A stretch of DNA of 64,000 nucleotides from Yuukianura sp. NJ FZ-2021 (taxonomy: Eukaryota). Position 1 is the stretch's first letter. Each line of letters opens with the position of its first letter. Under the pieces are notes generated by a model. The model worked only from the letters and a program-made list of their open reading frames with translations, made no database searches and was not told the origin of the DNA. Both the position numbers and the translations under genes were made by a program. Of the stretch, positions 36,701-48,100 are shown piece by piece. Where the stretch lies: contig CM102287.1 of the NCBI GenBank assembly GCA_046563655.1, positions 6,200,001 through 6,264,000 of the forward strand, in the 5' to 3' direction.

Positions 36701-39700
36701 ACATTTTCAAATTCGAAGGTCCATTCGAATTTCTTAAGCCCAACACCTAACACACGCAGACACTCCTAAGAACGTTAAGACCCAACCGGAATTGAAATGC
36801 ATGAACCGATTGCAACTTTCACTTTTAAAGTAATCGTAAATTCAAAACATTTTGCAAAAACTTGTGTACCAAATGCGTTCTGCATCTCCTCTTTCCAAAA
36901 AATGCTCCATATGTAGTAACTTTGAAAATTTTGGACCGAGTCCAATCGCATACAACTCGGCGAGGTCAACCGTTAGGATATGTGTTGACCTTTGACTCCA
37001 TTTAGAACATGTGCTTCTACAAAAGCCTCCTAGAGCACTTTTTTTTATTTTAAAAAACAATACCCCTTTTGTTTAAAAATCCAGAGCAGGGAGTCTAAAA
37101 ATAAATGAGGAAGCATAAACAATGGGAACCTAATTGGGCTCCACAGTTAGACAAGTCTCTGCTCACTGACTAAGTGCCACCATCAATTCTGAGGGTCTGT
37201 CTTACAGGCTTAAGGGCCCCCTGTTCAAGATGCAACCCCCCTCCAAGTTTAAAGTTTAAAGAAGAACCAAATGAATAAGTGACTGAAGGAAGTGGGTGAT
37301 TAGAATTGTCACACACTTGTCTCAATAACACTTTTACTTTTCAAGTGGAGCATTTCTAGAGATTTAAAGATTATCCAACAGGAGTTTTGGATTTAGAGGA
37401 AAAAGTAACGGAAGATTTGAATTAAAATTAATCTTGGTCAGAGTTAATGCTCTAGCTTTCGTCCGAAAGATCCATCGTGGGGTGTATTCCAAGCGATACT
37501 GATAGTTTTTAAGATTTTTTGAAAATCATGAGCCTATGGAGATTTGGTCTCATAAATCAATCATGCCACCTAAGTATCTTCGTTTCTTCTTCCCTTGTTA
37601 TCTGTGAACATAAATCCTCTATGCATCATAAACCTAACAACATATCTTCAAGTTAGGCTAAACCGCACTAACCTCAGAGGCATAAGTATTAGAAGCTTTA
37701 GTTGTGCCACTCCAATTATCATTAATAGGCTCTCACAAATAATATTTATATTATATTAATGTACATTAATTCGTATACGATTGTATCAAGTCTAAGCATC
37801 TTGAAACCTAAGCAAAAAAAATCCCACTTTGCTCAAACAGATAATCTAAAATATAATAAAAATGGGATAACTGTAAAAAAAAAAATTGTTCAATTGTAAA
37901 AATTCATTTCAAAATTCTGAATTCAAAAGAAAATTGAGGGAGTTAGGAATTTGTTTAAATTTTCCCGTGTGAAAGTGGGCATACTTTATTTATCTCTGAC
38001 AAACAGGAAGATGGAAGGGAGGGAGCCGACATCAGGAAGCGGGTATTTTCAAAAACGTGCCGATCCGAATTCTGTCCAGATCCACACCAGCGTCAGCCGA
38101 CGACCAGCAAAAGTCATTTCTCATGCGTTGAAGGGCAGTTGACAAAACCAAGTCAACAATCACACCCTTCACACGCATCCCATTTTACAATTTACGTGAA
38201 GCCTCGAATAACACAGACCACACATGCAACACTCGTAAAATCAACTAACCAACAATTCCGACAGCCAAACCTGATCAACAACAAACTTGTCAAAACGAAA
38301 GTGTCCAACAATCCACAACTGTCCACAACAGACCTAACTTTACATAATTTGAACGCCACCCCCTATGTTCTTTTATAGTACCCTCTTTTATGAAATCTTG
38401 AATTTCTAAGGACATCACATAAAATGCAAGATTTCAAGAACTAAATCCATCACTTGTTTACATGGCACGAGCCCATGTACATTTGCCAAGTTTGATTTCC
38501 CTTGCGGATTGGATTACTTTTTTTCAGAAAGAGCGCTTCCGTTTGCAAAAGTTGACATTTACATACAGCAGGCATATACTATGTAGTCGTACAGTAAATG
38601 AATGTGTTTTTTTTCGTAATGTCTCAAATTTCAATGGATTACTGCCACTGTGCTTACTCGTGACATGTCATATGGATGGCGCTTCTTTTTAAGCATAACG
38701 TTCTAAGAACACATGCTTTCACAAATGCTCGAGATTTATGAACTCCGGCAGGCACGCGTAAAAGCACTTCAAGTCTAGTCTACTAAAAAGGAATATTTTT
38801 CATTTTCATACTGTAGGACTACGACCTCTCAGTCTCACCTTATTACATAATGAGACACTTTCCAAAAAACTTCAGAAATACTTACTGCAATTTTTGAAGA
38901 AAAAATGCGATCTGAAACTACCCCAGTCAGAACACGGTGAAAACTTCGGCTAAAAAAATTACATCACTCGAAGTCCTACCCTACCTCGTACAACGTTAAC
39001 CCACACATTTTAAACTTCAATTGCCTAGTTTTTAAAAACAAAATATGAGATCTTCCTCTGTTGTGTTTACACTTTTGCAGTAAACCACTTGACACCTATT
39101 TCAAAGTGTTAAAAGCACAAGTCCAGGCAGCATTTTTACTTAAAGACATCCCAAATCACTTCAAAAACAAAATATCAGGATTATTATTATACTTGTTGAA
39201 TTCCCACTGCCATCGCTGAAGAACATTGTAAGTGTTAAAAACAAAAAACAGAAACCTTGTTCACGCAACCACTAAAATATTAGGAAAAATATATTTCATA
39301 TATTAGGAATACAGTATCCAGTGTATGTAATGAATTAGAAACAGAGGGTGAGTAGGAATTATTTTAAAGTGAAAGTTAAGTAAAAGCGTAGAATTTTAGG
39401 CCCTTAATGGATGAGATCTGGTTCTCCCCAGGAAGAAGACTACGAGTGAAGAGCCTAATTAGTTAAAATGACTCACCTGAGAATACGTAAACTGACTTTC
39501 ACTGCTACTCTAAGCAACGGAAAATATCCTAAAGCAAAATGAGCCACTTGGGAAAAACTTTGCTTTCTCTAGGCCTCTACCCTAACAAATCTGACTTCAA
39601 ACATACGCCAACTTAAGCTTTGTAATCATAATGAATCACCTGAGTACCTTAGGTTAAAACACGTTTTTAGAAAAACTAAGTTTCTAAAAACAAGAAAAAG

Positions 39701-42700
39701 GGAAAGGAAAAGCGGAAATGAAAACGACTCGGTGCACTTGAGAAACTTCCGGATAAGGCCCCTTACGGAAGAGTAGGTTCTGTTAAAAATTGTTCCGTGT
39801 TAACGTTATTGCATAATACATCGGCTAAACTTTTCTCGATGAAATTAAAAGGATTCTATTGATGTTTGAATTGGTGTATTTTTCAAAAACCTTCGTTTTT
39901 GGACGTTTCATTAACTTTCTACTAGTTACGAGAAAACTTTCCAGAAAGAATGGAATTGATTGCTTTTTTTAATATCAAATTGATTACTTTCTGAGCGGAA
40001 AGTAGATACGATACAAAGACTACGAGAAATGAGTCTTTCTAAATCAAAAGAAAAAATGAAATTTTTATGCAGATTTTATGAAATTTGGAAACAGGGTATT
40101 GGCATTGAGGAATTTTTGAACTCTCTGGTGTCCCTATGTCCCTGCTCATCACTCATTTTTCATGATCTTTTTCCAGTCTAGAAGAAATGGGAGTTCCTAG
40201 GAACGAATCATCTTCAAAAGCCATTTTTTAGATGAAGGAATCTTTCGGAGGGGATCAGTGGTTCTTCGCATAAGAGTCAATACTAATCACCCTTATCTTC
40301 TTCCTCACACTGACAATGGAAGTGCCAGAGAAAGTGGAGGGAGTAACTATGGAAGTGCTGAGGAGAAAGTAAGTGGAGAAATGCGGAAGGAAATGGGATC
40401 TTGGTGGTCGTGGTGGATTTCTGGTGAAAAAAGGAAGAATTTGCATTTGAATCGTATCTGCCGCAGTGTCAAGCGGTTTCTCTGCTCATATCCTCTAAGG
40501 AACTTCTTCCCTCTAAAACCAGTTCCAGCTGGAGCTAAGCTACTGCTGCCAAGAAATTTTTCTAGAGGAACTTATTTTCCAAATTTTGAAAGAAAATATT
40601 CTGTCACACTTTCACTTTCTACTTTCCATGCCTTTTCCCGTGCCTTGATTGATAATGGAAATGAGGATGAGACACTTCCGTTTTCCTGACGCTAAACTTT
40701 AGAATTTTCAAAAATTGAATTATGCACCCCAGGTTTCCTATTTTCATTTTTTCTGGAGACTTTCAACAATTTTAATAAAAAATTCAAACTCTATACTCTC
40801 ATAATTTTAAAATAGTATCTCGCATGCGCAAATCTAAATAAAATATGCATCACAGGGTGATAAACTCTCACAAGAAAAAATTGACAGCATGCAATTGAAA
40901 ATTTCTAGTTTTTTGCAACACGGAAAATAACGAGCGATTGCAAAAATTTTCGGCAGTAAAAACCTTGAAAGTTTTTGCCAACTTTTTTTTGCGCTACTGC
41001 TTAAATTCTGTTCCACCTTCCAGGAAACGTAAAAACAAAAGACATGGGCCGTTTCCTCTTTAATTTTCTCATCACCGTTGCAATGTGACACGCAAATATT
41101 TTTCACTTGCTTTCAAAATTCATTGCAGGTGAGAATTTTTGTTTGCTGGCACAAGATTTTTCAATTTTTCTAGTTTAAAAAAATAGTTACTCAACATCAT
41201 CCTGATTTTAATGTGCCCTGTCTAATGTTAGGTGTTGACATTCTACACATTGTGTGCGTGTCTACCAGTGCTAAAGCCAAGATTGAAATCTTGGCAAAGA
41301 ATCTTGTAATTGAAGAGTTGCCAGAATAAGTTATATGGCCAATACAAACCGAAATGTTTAACCATTAGTCTTCCGCCTGAGTGCGTTCCCGTAACCTAAG
41401 ATGATTGATGCTCACCTGTCGTGGACCTTTGATTGATGATTGATGCTTCAAAAAGTTTGAGAGATGCGAGTAGGGGGACAGCGACCGCCGTAGTTCAGTC
41501 GTTAGGTTTCTTTTATTAAATTCCGGAGAGACCCATTCAGTGGGGTTCCAACGGAAGGAGTCATAAACTATCCGAAAAGCTGAAATCGGGGTCTGAAATC
41601 CGAAATCGGAGCGTAAGTCGCGTGATAACTCCAAATGGAACCGGGAAACTGTCAGTGGTAAGAGGCTCTAACAAGTAGATTTCTCTTTTGATATATTTTT
41701 GTTACTCCAGAACCAACTTTTGAATCTGCTTTTTGTAAGATCTTTCAAATTTTACGATGAGAGGGAGATTCCATGGAAGCTAAAATCCAACTGAAGATGA
41801 GAAGCGTTTTAGTTAGTAACCTACCCTCCAAAGTTTTTTTTTGTTCCATGCACGCACACTCAGATCTTTCATGGATGTGTAAGTGGTGCTGCTGCTGCTA
41901 TGTTAGGTTGCGAAAAGCTGGGAGGCTGCTGACTACCCGGGTAAAATCCGTTGACAAAAGGTGCTTCTCTCCCGGGTTTTCTTCTTTTGTTCTCCGGGCA
42001 TGGAAAAGTTGAAGGGAAAAGAATTGAAATGGTCGGAAGATGAGGAAATAAATTTTGGTCCGTCGTGGACTCTGTTCCGCGTAGTTTGAAAAAAAACGAC
42101 CGACCCTAACCCCAATTGGAAATCATATTTTTTTGGACTTCTTTTGGACAGGCGGGATTGTGATTCCAATTCGAACCCCATTCCACATGTCGTCCACTTA
42201 CATTTATGAGATGACCTTCAAATGCATGAGAAAAATTCGAAACAGATCAGAGGTCATGATGACGAGCACTTATAGGGGTACCATAAAAGCCCGTTTTCAG
42301 ACACGCGCCACATAATGCGAATTCATTATGACTTTACGCACAAAAGCACTATTTATAACCATTATGTTTTGTGCAACTTGTGCTTTGCCCGTGTCCTTGC
42401 CTTACGTACATTTTCAAAAAAAGTGAAACTTGCAAAAATGAAACTTCAGATCCCGTGGGAAAATGAAATTAAGTTTTTCGATTTTTTTTCCAATTCGGAA
42501 ATGGTTTTTGGCTGATGGCTGAATGTAGCAGAAAAAAACCAATGAAACACAAGACGCACTGCGCCGATTTTATGTTAGACATAAAAGTGAAAGTAGATGG
42601 TGAAAGTTAATCCATCAACTCCACCATTCTGGTTTTAGTTTTCCACAGGCAAGTCATTGACCTCATTTACCACATCACATCCTCAAGGGGATTTGACAAA

Positions 42701-44794
42701 TGAGATCAATTCAGAATTGGATTTCGTAATTTTTTCAAAACTATTAATCTATGGCGGAAATTGCGATTTTGCAACTTTGATTTAAAAAATCGAAGATCCG
42801 AAGAATTCGATTGTTTAGTTCGAACAATGAATCTGCTCAGGATTGAATGATGCAACTCTGGTGTATTTTTGTACGCTATGTTTTGAAATAGGAAGTTTGA
42901 ATGGCGTTAATTCAAACTTTGTAAACGTATTTTAAAATGTGCAATTACTCATGCCTGGAGATGTTGTGATTAAGCTGATTGTTAGATGAGTCATACTTTC
43001 AGAACATTATTCAGCGGGTGACTGGAGTGTTTGAAGTTTTGATTAAATTATTCATCTAAAGCCTCAGGAGGAGGTACAGTAACTAGTGGGAGTGTAAATT
43101 AAAATAGGGAGAAAGCAGGAATTACTGATGAAGAAAGTCTTCTAAATTGAATCACTTTCACTTTCAAGAAGCAATGACTAAACAGAGACCTACCATAAAC
43201 TAATACACTGAAAACCATCCCCCTGCCGCTGGCAAAAGTCTAAATCAGAAGCAAGACTTTAAATCAGAATCAGATAGCTTTCTCTTTGACTAAAATTGGG
43301 AAATTAATCACTTCAGTGAGCTCTCAACAGTCAAGATTAATTGCAAATAACCTCCCTATTTTAAACTCCCTGCTACCTTCCAACATCAACACAATTTTCA
43401 TTCCAACAACAAAAGAAATTTATGTGATGGAGTCTGCCAATTTCAAAATTGGAAGCTTCATTCTAATTAAAGGTCTTAGGCCAAGAAAAATACAAGGAAA
43501 TGAAAAGTCCTTCAGTAATGGAAACAATCAGTATCGCTTCATTACCACAACTTGAAATACAATTAGAATCATTTTGGGAGTTTTTTAAATTTGAAAGTTA
43601 TGACGGTTAACGAGTTTCGAAAAAGTTTTGGTAACTTTTGATTTGAAAAGTTTAAACACGTTACGTTTTTCGAAATACCTATGGTAAAATAAAATAAAAC
43701 GCCACATTTTTAGGATAGTTTTGGTTCGGGCATTCTTTCCCTGTGTAGATTCTTTTCTCAGAAGCAAAAAATTTTGGGTAGAACAAAAGAAAAGTTTCAG
43801 CAACTTATCGTTGGAAATGTTTCTGTAAGTATATTTGCTGGTCCGTGAGAAAATACTGCAGCTGAATTGCATCGGGAAAGTGAATATTTATGAAACAATT
43901 AGCAATTTTGTGTTTCTATTTTAATTAATGGGAAGAAAGAAGATTTAAAGATACTTTCAAGTCGTTTTTCTTTTGTATTTAACACGTCAGTCGCTTACCT
44001 CGCACTTTGCGTGTTTCTATTGTTATTATTTATACAATTGTTTCATCTTTCCTTCAACTTAATTATAAATGAGTCTCTCTCCTCAACGTTAAGTGAAAAG
44101 GGAGTACCTACTGCCTAAAATAAATCTCCTTCGTATATTTTCTAAGTTGTGTACACTTTCTATGAGTTGATTTATAGAGCAACATGTTGACCCCCGAAAT
44201 TAAGCAGCTTCTTAAGAAGGCTCTTCGTGACCTCAACACTTGTTTGCCCCCTATCCCTCTTCCCATCTCCAATTACTCCTCGGGAGTACTAATGTTTCCA
44301 CGAAATTTCAATAACGATTAAATTGAAAACTTATATAAACACAAAACTTATTTTTCATCAGAAATTTTACTCAAATGGTGAAAACTTCCTCTTATGTCAC
44401 GTTTTGTATTACATTAATCACTGTTATTAAAATCTGCCTCATGACAGGCCATAGGAAATCGAACCTCAAATGATTTTCACGTACGAGTACAACTAGGCTT
44501 GTGCATCATAAATCAATTTCTGTAATTAATTTCCAATTCACAGAACCAAACATAAACAAACCTACTTCTAATGCCAACATACTCCTTAATACACGATGTT
44601 TTGAAATTAGTTTTTCAGAATCACATTTTTCAAAATGGTTTTTTGAAAAGTTAAGGTAAAAAAAAAATTGAGATCGTGGAAAAGTGCGTGACGGAGGCTA
44701 ATTAATCCGAAAGTGTTTGGGCATCATTACGCCTTGTGAGGGATCAGGGCTCACATAGCTTGAGAGACACACGATGACAGTGCAGAAAAAATAA

Positions 44795-44869
44795 GTGACC
44801 GAGTGGGATTCGAACCCACGCCTTCTCCAATCCGGGGAGACAGCTCTAACCCTTAAGCTATCGAGTCAC
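44795..44869 (-). ncRNA. tRNA-like Pol III module in TRIM LTR (copy 1)
   Basis: Minus strand reads GTGACTCGA TAGCTTAAGGGTTAGAGC TG TCTCC-CCGGATT-GGAGA AGGC GTGGG-TTCGAAT-CCCAC TCGGTCAC: A box, anticodon-like arm, B box/T arm, then TTATTTTTT. Confidence 0.7.
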
Positions 44870-45082
44870 AATCTGCACAGGATAGAATCGGAAGGCTACC
44901 ATAACAGGCACTGTCCATTCCATACACCTCTATCCTTGGCGGTTGGGAGTGGGACTGTTCCCAAACGCCACATCACCCGCCCCTCAAGCCCCCTCACTGC
45001 CTTCCCGGCTTTCGGCACCATATGTGAGGGATCAGGGCTCACATAGCTTGAGAGACACACGATGACAGTGCAGAAAAAATAA

Positions 45083-45157
45083 GTGACCGAGTGGGATTCG
45101 AACCCACGCCTTCTCCAATCCGGGGAGACAGCTCTAACCCTTAAGCTATCGAGTCAC
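45083..45157 (-). ncRNA. tRNA-like Pol III module in TRIM LTR (copy 2)
   Basis: Identical to 44795-44869. Confidence 0.7.
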
Positions 45158-48100
45158 AATCTGCACAGGATAGAATCGGAAGGCTACCATAACAGGCACT
45201 GTCCATTCCATACACCTCTATCCTTGGCGGTTGGGAGTGGGACTGTTCCCAAACGCCACAGCCTTGTGCTCCATTTCGATTTCTGGATTTCACCAAAAGC
45301 CTTTTGGATAATCACCGTCTGAACACAGCGTGTAGCAATGGACCATAATCTTTAGGATAGATTTATCCCCAGTAGAATTACTTTTCTCACTTAACTTTAC
45401 TCTCCTTCAGGATCTTTTTCGGTAAGAAATGCTCTTAAAGTTGGAAAAGTTTTAAGAGAAAGCTTTTCCCTCTACTACTTTCAGTCCAGTTTTCATGCTT
45501 CAGCAACTCCATTGTAGAAAACGATAGAGTTCGCCATCCCAATCTTACAAAGCTCTTGATCATAGTCACGCATAAAAGTTACCTAACAGAACCTAATATA
45601 AAACCCAATGTGTTTTTTAGAACCTAACCTAAAACCAAACCCCAGCAAATATAACATTTTAAAAGAGTGTCCTAATGCAGGTTGAAAGCAGTAGTTTTGC
45701 AAGTTTTTTTTGCTTCTAGAGGAAATCTAAGCTGCAAGGAGGAAAAAGTGCTTACTGATCGAGCATTAGCGTTGGGCAGATTAGGTTAAGAAATTTTGTT
45801 AGGCTAAGAGTTCAGATTATGTTTGGTTAGACTAAGGAATGTTAGGTTAGGTTAGGCCAAGGAATTCATGAAAGCGTTGGCGGTAACAAAAGAATTGAAA
45901 ATGGATTTGACCATAGAAGCGGTAGTAACACCTTTTGAATGACCGAATAACTTTAGACAGTGTCACACAGTGAAAAATGTTGAGGTAAGTTGGCATTGTT
46001 CACTTGAATCTCTCCAGAGACTACGTAAATCCTTATTTCTTAAAGTACAAAAGTCCTTTTGAGGATTCATCTTTTGGTTCCTACGAAGTTCATATGAAAA
46101 GTGTATCCAACTGTGCTCACAAGTACAGTTTAATTCACTTTGATTGACAGACATTGTGGGAACATCTTCTTACAATTTCTCCTTCTTAGGGAACGCGTAA
46201 CACTTTAAGGGATCACCTTCCATTTAAGGACTCCTGAGCCCTTCATCTCATAAGAAATCTAAAACCGTCAAAAAAGATGATGCTCGTTATGTTTCTCACA
46301 TATTTTGTCAAAGAGGATGGATTTCTGTATTGTTGGTTAAAATTCTGAAGGCTCAAATACTTCGAAGGTCAAGGGTTGCGTTAGGTTAGGCTGACCATGT
46401 CCAATCACTTTTCACGTCTGTGTTGAACTTACATGAAACTGAAACGTCCATCAGTACAAAAACAAACCGTATGATGATGAACGTCCGAGCTCTAAAGTTA
46501 GGCTTTTAGGCTATTCCGTTATAATGTTAATTTTGAAAGTTAAGTTAGCTTTGGTTAAGTTATAACCTAGTTTTCAAAATAATAAATTTTGAAAAGTTGA
46601 ACAAAAAAAAACTTGGAAATGGAAATTTATTATGGAAAATGTAAAAAGAATGAGACCTGAAGTAACCCCGTGGAGCGGAAACGGAGATGACAGAAAATGA
46701 AACCAAGATCTGTCAAAAAAGAAAACGGAATGCTTAAGTTAGGTTAGGTTTTTTGAAAAACCGGGTTTAAGGGTCCTCTCTCTCTTCCTTTGTATCTGTC
46801 TTTGTGACCCCTTAAATTATGACCCTACGTATTATAAGTTATTTTAGGCTAAAATCCACTTCCGACAATGATGAACAACTCTATTCTAAAACTAGGTGTA
46901 GGAATTTTTAGACTAAAGAATGAAACTTTTTTCTCTTTACTTTTTAGTTCAGGGATTCTTTTTAACATTTGAAAGATCTAAAAGAAACTTGTTTCCAAAA
47001 TTCTTTTCAAGACTAAAAGAACTAAAAAACGACTGTTCCTTGAACTTCAAAATTTTAGAGCAGCAGAAGATGCAACGTTATTTTTGGCGCCTGATAAACT
47101 TGAAAGGTGATGTTATGGGTCATCTCGTGCGTCTAACTCTTTTAGATGACAGTTGACCTGTGACTTGCACGCTTTTTCGAATGACGATTTCGAAACAGCA
47201 GTTTCTAGTTCTAACAAATAACGTCGCTTGCAGTATCTTTATCTACACGCTGACTACTGTACGATTTGTGGCTTATTCAGTAATTACGATATCAGTGACA
47301 AGGGTTGTCGCCAGTCTGACTCGTCTGAGGATTAGTTGCATACAACCAAAACAAGAAGCGTCACTTACTACGGCACTGTTAACCGCTTCTATTAAATTTT
47401 CATTAAAGAAATGGCTTCGCAGCAAGGTCAAATCACCAAAAAAGTGACGTTTGACCTTTAAACCTGACCCTGAAAAGCAATAGAAGGTGTGAGCTTTTTG
47501 AAAATAGACCACACCGACATGCTGCAAAAGGCTGCTTTTGTTCAAATTTAATTGCCCAACGCCTGTAGGAACAAAAGGAAAATGTGAGTTCTAATTGTGT
47601 TTGTTCTTTATAAAAAAAAAATAGAGAGAAAGGAAATGTTGTCCTATAATTAACCAATTTCATTGAAATATGGAAGGCAGGACTTAATTACACAAAATCC
47701 GGTTGCAATGTAGTCAGAAATGATGTAAATGCCAAAAAATAGGTAAATTAAATTGTATTACTACTATAACAAAATTTTTAATACAATCTTTTAAATTGTA
47801 CTGGTTTAAAAAAAATGCAGTACAAAAACAAAACAAAATCAGCAAACAAATTTCAAAATTTTCAATTTTTCAAAAAAAAATTTGATAGTGTCAAAATCTG
47901 TGCTTTTACCTATTAGAGCAGAATTTTTGATTTAAAGAATTCCGTCGTTCAATGGCACTCACGAACCCAAAATATTTTTAGTGCATGAACTTCGATGTTG
48001 TTGACAGTTTGGGGTTTGACAAAATTGTGTCTTTTCTACAGTTTTTTCTCCTGTTTTTGGACATGTCTGGATTGAATTGACGTGTTGAAGAGAGTCAAAA

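Larger units (their letters stand above)
44735..45260 (-). mobile_element. TRIM (non-autonomous LTR retrotransposon) with tRNA-like sequence in its LTRs, Helenus-like
   Basis: Two identical 238-bp LTRs (44735-44972, 45023-45260) bounded by TGT...ACA. 4-bp TSD gcct (44731-4, 45261-4). The 50-bp internal region holds PBS TGGTGCCGAAAGCCGGGA on the minus strand (45003-45020; 17/18 match to the tRNA-Phe 3' end) and a purine-rich PPT next to the other LTR. Confidence 0.92.

Noticed and set aside
44795..45322. Two near-identical ORFs (MTEWDSNPRLLQ...) and two apparent tRNA genes
   Set aside because: The ORFs are antisense readings of the tRNA-like LTR sequence. The cloverleaves lie inside LTRs and have a non-canonical anticodon loop and acceptor stem, so they were not called as tRNA genes.
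45600..46750. Short TTAGG/CCTAA runs as interstitial telomere
   Set aside because: Only 2-3 units each and scattered; this is a common simple motif in arthropod DNA.
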